Numbered from the stretch's first letter, positions 43,253 to 56,233 are shown. The stretch is DNA of 64,000 bases from Octopus vulgaris (GCA_951406725.2 OX597824.1:92938001-93002000); one strand, 5' to 3'. Made by a program: numbers and translations. Notes: generated from the letters alone by a model not told the origin.

Positions 43253-43668
43253 GATATATATATATAACATCAAATATAATTTAGATTCAGTACAATTAGA
43301 TACTTAAATTGAGGCGCCTTGTTAGAACGAACTTATTTGCACACTAAGACAATATTAGGTGAGTATCAAACTCTACATAGAAATGTTCCACCTGATATTC
43401 ATGCAGTGTATACACAAGGTACGATCCAACTTAGTGGATAATCTATTCTTGTGTGTACAGGCACGTAATTTATATTAAGAACCTTTCCAAATACTTCCGA
43501 AGCGCAGATTCTAGTGTTGATAAGTAAAATATAAATGGGTAACAAAGATGTATAAGTGACAATTCATTACGGCCGTTTCGAGTGACTCGTTTAATTGATC
43601 AATGGGAGGAGTCACACGAAACGCCTGTAATGAATTAACACTTATACATCTTTGTTACTCATTTACAG

Positions 43669-43721
<53 letters not shown>

Positions 43722-44185
43722 CAAGGTCTATCGAATTCACACAAAATCCTTTCGTCATTCGGAGCTATAGTAAAAGACACTCACCGACGTGGCTTTGGTG
43801 TGGGAATGAACCCAAAAGCAAACGGTTGGGAAAAGAAACTCTAACCACACAGACATGTTACCATAACTATATAAACACTTGAGTCTCCTTGTATGCGTAT
43901 GTGTTTGTATATTTGTGTGTGTGTATTGGTGTATTTCTGTGTGTGTGTATTTGTGTATGTGTTTTACCGAGTATATCTCGAGAGAAAATTACTTACCTTG
44001 AGGATGTCTCTCTTTACATACAATGCATCGCGATGATGTATTACAATCTGTTTACAACCAATCGACTATTCTTCAGGTTTTTCTTTATTTCCAGAAGTTT
44101 CTCTCGATTACATTAGCTGGGTGCATTTGTCTCTTGTAATGTATTTTGTGTCAAGTTTGTCGTTGAGCATGTGTAGACTTCCCCA

Positions 44186-44225
<40 letters not shown>

Positions 44226-44235
44226 CCTACATACG

Positions 44236-44282
<47 letters not shown>

Positions 44283-45375
44283 GTATATACATATATATAT
44301 ATATATATAAATGATTGTATACATATAGACATACAATCGCACAGACGCACACACACACACAAATACACATACATATATATGTACATACATATATATATAT
44401 ATATCGGCGAAATGTTGTTTCTAACGTTTTTACGGGTTTCCCTATTAAAATATGTATCTATTTTGTGTAATAGTTTTGTATCCTATCGATTTTCCTTCTT
44501 CCTATCATTTCTTTTGTGGAGGAGAATCTAATATATTTTTCTGAGTAGAAACGTCGTAACCCTCGTTTTCTCGTTTTATATCACTCTAAGTATTACGTCC
44601 TTCCATGCATGTATAAGCACTTATTTGTGTTTTAACTCATACTGATATTAATATGGAAGCTCTTCCTTATTCGAACATTTACATATGAAAATGGATTTGT
44701 TGTATCACATGAAGCTATACGAAAGTTGCCTTGGCTATTAACGATAGAATCAACTGCCACTAAAATCATTTTATCCTGATATTAAGACCAGAAACGTTTT
44801 AGAAAGACGACATACCTTCGAAATTATTGTTCTGTATATGTAAATGATAAAAAAAAAAACGAAGTATGTACGCGTATGTATCGCAGAATCTATATCGCAA
44901 AAATTTATATGTGCAGGAATTACATGAATTTTTATCTACTCACGCTTGTAAACGAAGATTCAGCTTTCACTAACGGGAAGTGTTTACATTTATATAAAAA
45001 AATATAAAGTATCCTTCATACATTGTAGAGAAAGCTGCAATCGGGAATAACAACTGATATACACCGGACATAAACACATGAAATTGTATGAAAATTCTGA
45101 ACAAGCTATATAGATTATGTCTCCCTAAAAGCTTTTGTCGTGAGAGTGTTCTTTGGGTGGTATGTTGTGAGGACCGGCTGAGCTGATGACTGAAAAGGTA
45201 TTTCTTGAGCTGCGGGAAGAAGGAACTGAAAACACATGCAATTATTTAACAGAAGAGTTTATTACTGCATATTTTTGTTATTTGGTCTTTTACAAATAGG
45301 AGAAAGAGTAGACTCCCCTTCGGTCATAAGTGATCATGATATTGCACGTAGAAAGTTTCCACTAGGGGGCAAGTA

Positions 45376-45720
45376 CATGGTCGAGGTATTTTGAGATCAA
45401 TTCCTATTTCTTTACTGCCCACAAGGGGCTAAACACAGAGGGGACAAACAAGGATAGGCAAACAGATTAAGACGATTACATCAACCCTAGTGAATCAATT
45501 TTGAGATCAGTTCCCTGAGGCAGTTACAAGCGGAGACGATGGGGCCGCCAGGGTTGTTGGTCTTGTGGATTTGGGGATGGAAGTAAAGTAATTGGGGTGC
45601 GTGGAGTTCGGACAATGATGTTGGTGGCGGTGGGAGGGAGAAGGAGGAGTCGATGAGGTCATGGATAGTGGGGTCCATAGTAGGGAGATTATTAGAGTTT
45701 GTAGCAAGGGGAGTCTGACA
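45376..45720 (-). mobile_element. Penelope-like reverse transcriptase fragment interrupted by a SINE A tail
   Basis: APQLLYFHPQIHKTNNPGGPIVSACNCLRELISK matches the PLE RT motif P.FY.LPKIHK..PGRPIVS. The frame resumes as ELISKYLDHV beyond the insertion. Confidence 0.85.
45405..45497 (-). mobile_element. 5'-truncated SINE A with 17-bp TSD
   Basis: ATTTTGAGATCA(A/G)TTCC at 45388-45404 and 45498-45514. Confidence 0.9.
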
Positions 45721-46059
45721 TGCGCTTGATATTGTTCAGTATGTATGTTACTCATACCGAACTAGGTGCCTCTCCATATGTATGTTTCTCAGACCTAACT
45801 AGGGGCCTCTCCATCCTGTAACGAATTTCAATTTTGGGGCAAGGCATTAGTCACTTACATCGACCCCGGTTTTCAAATCTATTGAAAAGTTTGCAAGACG
45901 CATCGAAAATTTTAGCAAAATAAAGAAGGAAACGAGTGGACATTTTACCGGGTTGTGCGTTAAATTTAAGGCACTAAAAGTAAATAACTCTCCCCGTCTT
46001 CCTAACTTCACTACTTTATTATTTCCCTTTCTTCCGAGATCTCCTGTGAGATCCTTCTG

Positions 46060-46224
46060 TCGGTCTTCGCCACTACACATTCTTTATTTTCCCTCTTTGT
46101 TTCTTTCTGTAGAAGAGCGTAGGCTCAAAACGTTGAAGACTTTTTCACTTAAACTAATACATCTGATTGTTGTCAACACCACCTGTCTTCGTCTTTTGAT
46201 TTTTTTTTGTGAATTTTCCCCCTA
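46060..46224 (+). mobile_element. Family F copy
   Basis: TTTCTGTAGAAGAGCGTAGGCTCAAAACGTTGAAG...CACCACCTGTCTTCGTCTTTTG. Confidence 0.75.
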
Positions 46225-47109
46225 TCGGAGAATTCACAAAAAAAAAAGAAAAGACGAAGATACCACAAAACTTGACTTAGAAAGGATTTTGGTAACCCTA
46301 TCATGTGATGCTAATAAGTTAGACATGGCCTGAACCAATCTTTGGTCGAAACATATCTAAGATCTATGTAAGTTTTAGATATATATATTACAGAATAAGC
46401 ATATTAAAATGTGTCCGTGGGAAAACTCCTTGAAATAAAAGGGATGGGAAACACATTTGGGATCCACTGTTGGAAACCTCTGCGAAAAAATTTGGGAACC
46501 ACTGCTCAACTTTTCTGCACAAAGCATACAATTGCATATGACCATATTCCAGCACATGTAAGAGATCTCATCTCACACGAAGTGTATGGCTACATCTTGA
46601 TATTGCTTTCAGGGCACAATGCACAATGTAGCTTGCGATTTTTGCAAGTCTATCACAACTGAAGACAAAAACGTGCTTTCTTTTCATAACAAACCGTCGC
46701 TCTTTCAGCTACATTGCCCCTTAGCGTTTATCGCTTACAGATGGTTTTGGCAAAGGACGAAACAATATTAGATTTTTCTTTGCTGATATTAGTAATCTCG
46801 AAAATAATTTGGCAAACTGTTTTTACTTTTAAGAAAATGTGTTGTTCTTAAGTTATGGTCTGAATTGCCTTTGTTTATAATTAAGGGGGCGAACTGCAAG
46901 AGCCGTTAGCAGCTTTACGGCTCTTATTACGTTGTGAGAACAAATATCACCGATGTCGCTGTGGTGTTTCATTATCTCAGGGTCGATAAAACAAGTATCA
47001 ATTGAACCCAGGGGTCGATGTATTCGACTAATGCCTAGCCCTAATATCTTAGATATTGTACCTATATCAGAAAGGAAGTGACGTTCAGAATCGCCAATCG
47101 AACTCATAA

Positions 47110-47870
47110 ATGGGCAGCCCCCCGCTTCCTATCAACTAACGACGTATGTCATTCGGTTTCTTTTGGTAAAAGGAACGCGTTGCAATGTCAGGTTATCCTT
47201 TGGGTGCCATCACTCCCTGCCTGGCACATTAAGTATGTCGTGGCTACTGATGTGCAAACATGCGCATACGTTGCGTCATCTGCAACGATTTCTACAATAT
47301 ATATGTGTGGGGGGGGACCTCTTGCGGGACACTATTTCCGCAGCTTGACTGACTTACAATCCTTTTTGAAGGCAAGACCGAGACTACACGCCTTACACCT
47401 AGGCTGCTGTCGGCACTGACCGACCTCTACCTGTAGCATATTTGTGGCGGGAAATTGTAACGGCATTTTCGAGGAATCTCTGGGTGTCGACAAAAACGAT
47501 CTGGGTAGTATTCTTCCAGAGGACTTTCTTATCGGAACTACCATGGATTAATTTCTAGTCCATGGGCAGGCAGTGTTACTGATTGGTGCTACATGTTCGA
47601 GGTAATCTCTTCAGGCATGGATTTGTTGTCAGGCAGGTTTGTCCGAGATGTGTACAGAGCGACGAAACGATTCTGCACAGTCTAGTTCGACATCTGGACA
47701 TCATTGACTTAGGGATTTACGCAGCATAGCTGTTATCGCATCTGGAACGGATTCAACGATCGGCCGAGTCCACAGTGATGACAACAACTCTGCACTTCAT
47801 TAATCGAGTAGGTAAGACAGATTTTGGTAGCCTGGTGACTATGGCGAAAGAGGTTATCTGCCGGAGCAGA
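47110..47870 (+). mobile_element. Old Tx1/L1-type LINE ORF2 C-terminal remnant (same family as 53704-54459)
   Basis: VRGNLFRHGFVVRQVCPRCVQSDETILHSLV...LLSHLERIQRSAES...LVTMAKEVI, with stops and frameshifts; left boundary approximate. Confidence 0.8.
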
Positions 47871-47871
47871 T

Positions 47872-47912
47872 ACTCCAGTGACATTTTGATGGCATGCACT
47901 GCTCTCTCACGC

Positions 47913-47913
<1 letters not shown>
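47872..47913 (+). mobile_element. About 40-bp 3' tip of family E followed by (AAT)n
   Basis: TTTGATGGCATGCACTGCTCTCTCA equals the reverse complement of 51068-51092. Confidence 0.75.
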
Positions 47914-47968
<55 letters not shown>

Positions 47969-47970
<2 letters not shown>

Positions 47971-48560
47971 TTCACAGACATGACAGAGTTGGAACCTACA
48001 TACATTGGAAGCTATGCCAACATTATGGAATAACAACAGAAAAAAGATGGTATAGGCACACACCAGAAAAGGTCACAGAAAACGAGAAAGCAACCATACT
48101 CTGGGATATGCCGATACACACAGATAGAGAAATTAAGGCCAACAGACCAGATATAGTTGTCAGAGATCATGAAGAAAAAAATGCTTTTTAATTGATGTAT
48201 CAATACCGGCAGATGACAACGTGTCTCTAAAAGAAATGGAGAAACTCTCAAAATACAAAGACCTGGAAATAGAGGTAACTAGAATGTGGAATCTGAAAAC
48301 AGAAACAATTCCTATCATAGTAGGTGCATTAGGCATGATAAAAAAATATTCAGACAAATACATAACAAAAACACCAGGACTTACAAACACATATAACATA
48401 CAGAAAATTGCACTACTAGGCACTGTCCACATCCTACGCAGAACACTTTCCATACAATAACCATCAGAGCATCACAACAAATCACAGCACATACCCAAGG
48501 CACACAGAGCTGCGCTCGGTAGTGAAGTGAAAGCACGCTATAAAAATAAAAATAAAACTA

Positions 48561-48565
<5 letters not shown>
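47969..48565 (+). mobile_element. Young R4/Dong-type LINE family 1, 5'-truncated, with RLE domain
   Basis: IHRHDRVGTYIHWKLCQHYG...ILWDMPIHTDREIKANRPDIVV...(frameshift in A-run)...LIDVSIPADDNVSLKEMEKLSKYKDL...PIIVGALG...IQKIALLGTVHILRRTLS* has the RHD, RPD, D and EKxxKY catalytic motifs; (TAA)n on both sides. Confidence 0.95.
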
Positions 48566-48612
<47 letters not shown>

Positions 48613-48620
<8 letters not shown>

Positions 48621-48810
48621 AACACCAGGACTTACAAACACATATAACATACAGAAAATTGCACTACTAGGCACTGCACACATCCTACGCAGAACACTTT
48701 CCATACAATAACCATCAGAGCATCACAACAAATCACAGCACATATCCAAGGCACACAGAGCTGCGCTCGGTAGTGAAGTGAAAGCACGCTATAAAAATAA
48801 AACTACTGAA
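48613..48810 (+). mobile_element. Second, shorter family 1 copy
   Basis: Near-identical to 48362-48565 (3 substitutions and a small indel); 5' junction uses ATAA microhomology with the array. Confidence 0.95.
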
Positions 48811-48811
48811 T

Positions 48812-48929
<118 letters not shown>

Positions 48930-48939
48930 TTCATTATTA

Positions 48940-49275
48940 TATGCCAAGCTGACAACAGGGTATGCGATAAGGAAGAAAGAAAAGTCGAAAGATATAGCAG
49001 GTTACCTTAGGAGATTAAGCGGTTGTGGTCGATAAAAAATGTGGTAGTAGTACCAATAATTGTCGGATCCCTGGTCAGAGTGAGTAAAAATCTCGAGAAG
49101 TACATGGAACAAATAGGGGATGTAATAAGGGTGGAAAACTTGCAGAAAATAGCACTGCGAGAAACCGCACGAATACCCCGGAAGGTGCTCGAAAAATAAG
49201 GGGTGTTACCTTAGTTCCCTGTTAGTGATCAGTTGGTACCGTAGTACATCTCCAGCGTTAGAAGCTGTGCAAATA
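48940..49275 (+). mobile_element. R4/Dong-type LINE family 2 3' end
   Basis: CQADNRVCDKEERKVERYSRLP*EIKRLWSIKNVVVVPIIVGSLVRVSKNLEKYMEQIG...LQKIALRETARIPRKVLEK*; same 3' UTR as the 37451 copy. Confidence 0.9.
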
Positions 49276-49463
49276 TAATAAATAATAATAATTCAAATCT
49301 TGGCACACGGTCACCAGTTTTTGATGGCAGATGCGGTCAATTACATCGCCCCCCAACACATAACTGGTACTTTTAAGAATTATTTCTCATTTGGTACAAG
49401 GTAGATACTTTTTGTAGTATTAGTATAATCTTATGAAATAATCTCAGTGCATGGGTCATATAT

Positions 49464-49849
49464 TGTGGAGGCGCAATGGCCCAGTGGTTAGGGCAGCGGA
49501 CTCGCGGTCATAGGATCGCGGTTTCGATTCCCAGACCGGGCGTTGTGAGTGTTTATTGAGCGAAAACACCTAAAGCTCCACGAGGTTCCGGCAGGGGATG
49601 GTGGTGATCCCTGCTCTACTCTTTCACCACAACTTTCTCTCACTCTTACTTCCTGTTTCTGTTGTACCTGTATTTCAAAAGGCCGGCCTTGTCACTCTCT
49701 GTGTCACGCAGAATATTTCCGAGAACTACGTTAAGGGTACACGTGTCTGTGAAGTGCTCAGCCACTTACACGTTAATTTCACGAGCAGGCTGTTCCGTTG
49801 ATTCTGATCAACCGGAACACTCGTCGTCGTAACCGACGGAGTGCTTCCA
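49464..49849 (+). mobile_element. Full-length SINE C
   Basis: Highly similar to 23030-23415. Confidence 0.95.
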
Positions 49850-51063
49850 TTGTCGTAGGCGTAAAGAAATGACATTCGAAATATATAAATGATGTTCGCA
49901 CAGGAAACGAATATTTAGGTAACAAAACAGTAAACAGTTATAATTATTATTATTTTTTCATTATTTCTACTTTCTGTGCCTCGGATCTTGTGATTATTTA
50001 GCAGCGATGGTTGTAAATAGTTATGCAATGAATTCTATTAAATAATCGTACAAACGTTTCATTGTTGTAATTATAGAATATGATTCGAAAGGTTTCTGCA
50101 ATTAATGATATGAATGGAATGTACATCTTGAATTTCTGGTTTCAATTGCAATTGAAGGTGATTCAGCACCTACAGCTCTCATGACGTTGAGAAAATAAAA
50201 ATGCCGTGTGCGATAAGTTCCATTCAGTCGACAGCCAGACTTCTTCACAAATCTCTCCAACAAATGCTGAATTTTTTTCTTATCCTTTTTTTAGAAAAAT
50301 CGAACCATAATGGAATATTATCTCTTTCCCCTACATATTTTTGTTCACTTTATATTCTTCTGCTATATATGTGATGCCTTTTGGAAAAAGAAAAATCATT
50401 TAAGACTATTCAGACACTGAAATTTTATATTTATCGTCATATTCGCATCGCTATTCTTAAGGGTGATATAACATTTAAACAGAGAAATAATATTCGCGGA
50501 AATGGAAATGTGTTAGGCTTCTATTCCTTGCATTATGACGTAATAATGGTCTGAGTTTTAATATTAATCTGCACTTATTACGATTTTCTTTTAAATATTC
50601 GAAATTTAATAATTTTTCAATATATTTTCGATCAATACACGAATGTGATTTTCATTTCCATATATTCAATGCTGTTCATATTACAGAGACAACAGTTTTG
50701 CTGTTGTATAGATAGTATCTTAGCTTTTTGAGATATTACACCTAACGGTTCGGCCTTCAATAGACAGAATTTCACCAAGACATTGCAGAATTAAAAAGAA
50801 AACTCATAACAGCTTGTGATGTGTGAGTAGAATCTCTAATGCATGTTTTTCTTTTTACCTTCTTTTAGGTTAGACGAACATAGTTAAATATAATATTCAT
50901 ATATTTAATATAGGGAGCATAAAAAACCCATTAGATACAGTAACGCTAGGTATGTAATTTAATATTAGTCAATATATTAGACAATTATTATTTCCGTCTA
51001 GCTCTTGACATGTCTGAGTCTAATCAAATTATTTCTTTATGATATTATTATTATTATTATTAT

Positions 51064-51580
51064 TGAATGAGAGAGCAGTGCATGCCATCAAAGTGACACC
51101 GGGATGAAATATACGAAGCCCAGTATACCCATCATGACTATCAGTCTGGTAAGGGTACAGCAGGCACATGCATCACAACCATATGTGAGCGACATGGTGA
51201 TGTCATATCAAGATAAAGAGCACGTGACATTGCATGTGGGGCCCAGTTAGAATTTTCTTCTGGTCGAGTAGCCCATACCCCTCAAAAAGTCCATGAATAA
51301 AGGTTATTTAAGTATGTTGAACAAACCACCCATATTTCCAAAGGTGAATTATCCAAACCCAAAAGAATCCCTCTCAATAAATGGCTATGATGCTCCTCCA
51401 CTACTTCTGCTCATGATCAGAGATGCACATATCGTCAGCCACCAAGGGACATGCTCAACAGATTAAGGTCAAACAACTGACAAGCAAATCTGTGGTATTG
51501 GGCAGAATATTTTCTGTAGTCCATCTTTTATATCAAGACAAAACAATGTATATGATAACACTTCCAATCAGTTAAGAAGT
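51064..51580 (-). mobile_element. Family E: non-coding element apparently derived from an RLE-LINE 3' end, ending in (TAA)n
   Basis: Decayed ILPNTTDLLV..LTLIC*ACP...DHEQK* resembles RPD...ELTCP...HERK; 3' end CTCTCTCATTCA(ATA)n. Confidence 0.65.
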
Positions 51581-51894
51581 GTTTTCATGCTATTATTAGA
51601 AAATGACCTCCAAATAAATAACCATTCCTATTACACTCTGTCATTAAAGAATAACCTTTTCAATGTTACAACGTATACGTTGTGCAGTATTGTAGTCATA
51701 GAACCATAAGCTGCTGATAGCTGAAATCACATGATTGGTCATCTTGCGACCATTTACATTTCTGGCCAACATTATGGCGAATATTCGGTCGAATCTGTGT
51801 ATGGGGACACTTCGTATAAAATATTAATTACAAGGGCATTCTTTCCTTGCATCTTTCCTTTCTTATCGAGAACGTCTCTCTAGTTATATACCTA

Positions 51895-51906
51895 TTTATC
51901 AATCTG

Positions 51907-51967
<61 letters not shown>

Positions 51968-51980
51968 TATCTATTTGTCT

Positions 51981-52033
<53 letters not shown>

Positions 52034-52075
52034 TTATCTATCTATCTATCTGTCTGTCTATCTATCTATCTATCT
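51895..52075. repeat. (TATC)n microsatellite
   Basis: Directly visible. Confidence 0.95.
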
Positions 52076-52160
52076 TTCTGTCTAACTGTACGCCTAACAG
52101 CATATCAATTCGTATAGTGTTTATTTATATATGCAAGTATACACAGACACAAACACACAC

Positions 52161-52209
<49 letters not shown>

Positions 52210-52218
52210 CATACATAT

Positions 52219-52251
<33 letters not shown>

Positions 52252-53084
52252 TATGTATAACGATGTATAATCCTGTATGTTGATGTGTGTGATCTTATGT
52301 GTGTGTGTGTGATATTTTGTCTCATTCTGCGTATACGTGCATATGTGTTTTTTTTTTGTGGTAGTATAACTTAAATAGAAAGGCGACTTACTTTCGCACG
52401 CAAACATACACAAAGACACGCACATATGTTCATATATACATACATATATATATACACACAAAAGCTAACACATTTATTATACACATACATACATACATAC
52501 ACACAATACACGCACATATACATACACCTATTAATTCGTACGTACATACCGAGACGCTAGTGTCTAAGTGCGTTCTCCTAATTCATATCGACAGCAAAAC
52601 CCAGGAGGTTTAGCATTAATGCAAGAATCAAATAAATACAGGTGCATGAACTGTCAGAGTAGGTTCAACATTGCTAGGTGTGATAACAACGTTGATTTGA
52701 TTGCTCGGACACCAAGCTTCTGTTATAGCTGACGTTTCCATTCTGTAACTACTCTATGTTTAAAGTGTGAGGGGTTATTATTGTGTCTGCCGTTTTTGTC
52801 TTTGCGCGTCTGTCCTTCTGAAGTTAAACTCCGTCTTTCCATTTCTCTCTTTGTCTCTCTTTCTTTCTCCAATTCTGTATATGTGTGCGTGTGTGTGTAG
52901 AATGTGTGTATATATATATATATATATGTGTGTGAGTGTTTATATATCGTTTTCTCTTTCTGTCACTTTCTTTTCTCTCCTTTCTCGTTTAGCGTCAATC
53001 AAAGAAGAGGTGTATGTAAGTATGAATTCATATATAATTGTATAGAGGCAGACAAAAACCTATATATAGACATAGATAGAAGAC

Positions 53085-53176
<92 letters not shown>

Positions 53177-53193
53177 GTAGGTAGGTAGGTAGG

Positions 53194-53273
<80 letters not shown>

Positions 53274-53278
53274 GAGAG

Positions 53279-53310
<32 letters not shown>
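53085..53310. repeat. (GATA)n array at the 3' flank of the Tx1-type LINE
   Basis: Directly visible, with GGTA variants. Confidence 0.97.
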
Positions 53311-53311
<1 letters not shown>

Positions 53312-54461
53312 TGTTTCTTTATTAGCCACACAGGGCTGCACACAGATAGAACAAATTACAAGGTAGAGCTTTTCTTTTGAAGGGTTAAAGAAAAAAAGAA
53401 AAAAAAAAAAAGGAAGGGGGAGTTTCGATGAAAAGGGATCGTAAAAGGAGAGAAAGAGGACAAAAAAGGGGGGTTAAAAAAAAAAAGGGGAGAGGAAAAA
53501 AAAATTGATCAATAGGGATCGTTATCACAGAAATGTCAATATGAAGTGTAAAGGGGAGGACAGGTGAGGTTTACCCGTGGAAAGAAAAGCCTACGGAAAA
53601 GACCACGGTAACCTCGGTCAATGGAGTCACATGTTATATTTCTTTTTTTTTTTTTTTTTTGCAAATAAGCAACTCTCTGTTTTCAATTTCTGGGTTCATA
53701 GGATCATGCTCCTAAGGTGGCTTCGTCATTCATACGTGCTATTCTTGCTACATTCACCCATCTTTTTTTAAAACATTCGCTAGACAAAACTTGCCTCTCT
53801 ACTCTCACTTTCCTTTTCAAGTGGTACTTGAAGAAGTTGATGAGAGATTGACCAGAGAGGAAAGTGTTTGTCTCCAATCCTTTCAGACGCGTCCACCAGA
53901 TACATTCTTTCGCCATAGCCACAAGGATGATGAAAATAGCTCTTCCTTCCCGTTTGAAGGAAGGAGGCGTGACAATATTGACGATAGACTCAGCTGATAA
54001 ACCGACTCGTCCCACACGTGACAGCAGTTGTTCGACATAAGCCCACAGGTCGGAAATTGTTGGACACTGAACGAGTGCGTGCAGAACGGTTTCGTCGCTC
54101 TGACCGCATCTCGGGCAGGTCGGCCCCGTGTTTCTCGAGCCGTGTCTGTAGAGCTTATCCCGAACGGGTAGCGCTTCTCGGTAGCACTGCCAGGCCAGGG
54201 ATCTCTGGAAGTTGTCCATGGGCCCTGGCCCGAAAGTCGTCCTGAACAGGCGGGTCAGGTACTCCTCGTCGACGTCCAGGTTCGCCCCGAGCTCGTCGTC
54301 GTACCTCCCCTCCACTAAACCCCTATAGAATGCTTTGGTTGTGTTGAAGTCACTTAAGGTCGACCCAGGACGGCAGAGTTGCTTGAGAGCAACGCGACAC
54401 TCGCGTTGCCATTCGCCCTTCCTCGGCCTCTTTTTGATCCACGACTGCAGTTCGGTCATGG

Positions 54462-54462
<1 letters not shown>
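53311..54462 (-). mobile_element. Young 5'-truncated Tx1/L1-type LINE (ORF2 C-terminus plus about 390-nt 3' UTR) inside a (GATA)n array
   Basis: Uninterrupted ORF2 end, AATAAA at 53318-53323(-), no poly-A, GATA repeats immediately on both sides. Confidence 0.9.
53704..54459 (-). pseudogene. Open 251-aa ORF2 C-terminal fragment (zf-RVT/CCHC) of the Tx1/L1-type LINE
   Basis: LAWQCYREALPVRDKL...CPRCGQSDETVLHALVQC...AKECIWWTR are typical L1/Tx1 C-terminal motifs; EN and RT are missing. Confidence 0.9.
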
Positions 54463-54535
<73 letters not shown>

Positions 54536-54556
54536 GTAGGTAGGTAGGTAGGTAGG

Positions 54557-54610
<54 letters not shown>

Positions 54611-54611
54611 T

Positions 54612-54644
<33 letters not shown>

Positions 54645-54688
54645 GAAAGAGAGAGATAGATAGATAGATAGATAGGTAGGTAGGTAGG

Positions 54689-54742
<54 letters not shown>

Positions 54743-54743
54743 C

Positions 54744-54820
<77 letters not shown>

Positions 54821-54830
54821 CAGATAGATA
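54463..54830. repeat. (GATA)n array at the 5' flank of the Tx1-type LINE
   Basis: Directly visible. Confidence 0.97.
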
Positions 54831-54957
54831 GCTACATATATGCATACATAGATATGGAAATATATATATATGCGTGTATATATGCACACACATATAAATA
54901 TATATATATACATATATATAAATATATGTACATTTTTGTATATATGTATATATATAT

Positions 54958-55038
54958 AAAGCCTACGAAAACGACCACGGTAACCCCAGGCAAGGAGGAA
55001 AGAAAAACACATGAGAGCAAAGTGTTCTCTCTCTCCCC

Positions 55039-55069
<31 letters not shown>

Positions 55070-55790
55070 TTACAGGATCCTGCTCAAGGTGGTTTCGTCA
55101 CACGCACGCACCATCTTTGCTACATTCACTCATCTTTTATTGATTCTTTCACGAGACAAAACTTACCACTCTATTCTCCCCTTCCTTTTCAAGTGGTACT
55201 TGAAAACTTGATGAGCGATTGGCCAAGAGTCCACCACACACATTCTTTCCCCATGGTCAACAGTACGATGAAAACGGCCTTGCCTTCCCGGTAAAGGGAA
55301 GGTGGCAGAGCAATTTTCATGATAGACTCACTCGGCCAACAACCGAATTCGTCCTACACGTGAGAGCAGCCGAAATTGTTGAACACTGCATGAGTGCGTG
55401 CAGAAAGCTTTCCTCACTCTGACTGCATCTCGGAAAGTCTGTCCGGTTTAGCTCGAACCATGCCTGTAGAGCTCATGCCGAACGGACAATGCTTCCCGAT
55501 AGCATTGCCACGCCAGGCATCTCTGGTGATTGTCCATAGGTCCCGACCCGAAAGTTGTCCTGAACAGACGGGCCAGGTGTTCCTCATCGACGCTCAGATT
55601 CTGCCGGAGAACATCGTCGCACCTCCTCTCCAATAAATCCTTTATTGATCGCTTTCGTGGAATTGAGGTCGAACAAGTTTGGTCCCGGACGGCAGGGTTG
55701 CTTAATAGCAAGCGGCACTCGCGGTGCCATTCGCCTAGCCTCGGTCTCTGTTTGATTCACGGCCAAAGAGACGAGCTGTGGGGAAGCGCG
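54958..55790 (-). mobile_element. Older, frameshifted copy of the same Tx1/L1-type family
   Basis: EEHLARLFRTTFGSGPMDNHQRCLAWQCYREALSVRHELYRHGS. UTR motif AAAGCCTACG.AAA.GACCACGGTAACC is shared with 53587-53613. Confidence 0.9.
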
Positions 55791-55892
55791 CCTCACAAAC
55801 TTTACTCTCGTTACATTGAGTACTGTTTTTGTTCAACCTGGACATGGGACGTATTCATTATATGTGTGTATGTTTGTATGTGTGTGTTTGTA

Positions 55893-56197
55893 TGTGGAGA
55901 CGCAATGGCCCAGTGGTTAGGGCAGCGAACTCGCGGTAGTAGGATCGCTGTTTCGATTCCCAGACCGGGCGTTGTGAGTGTTTATTGAGCGAAAACACCT
56001 AAAGCTCCACGAGGCTCCGGCAGGGGGGGGTGAACCCTGCTGTACTCTTTCACCACAACTTTCTCATTTTTTTCTTCTGTTGGCCTGCTCGCTTAGCCAG
56101 CGGGGTGGCGTCATTTGAAGGCTAAACCAATGCGAAGCGCATTGTGACCTGCGATCTGTAGCAACACCTGATAGCCCGGTCGGTCACGGTGATCACG

Positions 56198-56201
<4 letters not shown>
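55893..56201 (+). mobile_element. SINE C variant: same head and core, different 3' tail ending in GGTCACGGTGATCACGGTGA
   Basis: First about 170 nt match 49464 onward; sequence diverges after CACCACAACTTTCTC. Confidence 0.9.

Positions 56202-56233
<32 letters not shown>

Noticed and set aside
43990-44185. Minus-strand donor CAAG|GTAAGT
   Set aside because: Upstream frames contain stops and no acceptor was found.
49464-49540. tRNA-like heads here and at 20234, 23340, 28230, 55893
   Set aside because: A and B boxes are present but there is no complete cloverleaf, and they continue into SINE bodies; not tRNA genes.
50141-50270. 16-bp palindrome TTCAATTGCAATTGAA and an adjacent open minus-strand stretch
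   Set aside because: A single short AT-rich palindrome with no other supporting structure; no polypyrimidine acceptor and no homology.
52619-52732. Short ORF MQESNKYRCMNCQSRF resembling half a C2H2 zinc finger
   Set aside because: No His pair, only 37 codons and no good splice sites.
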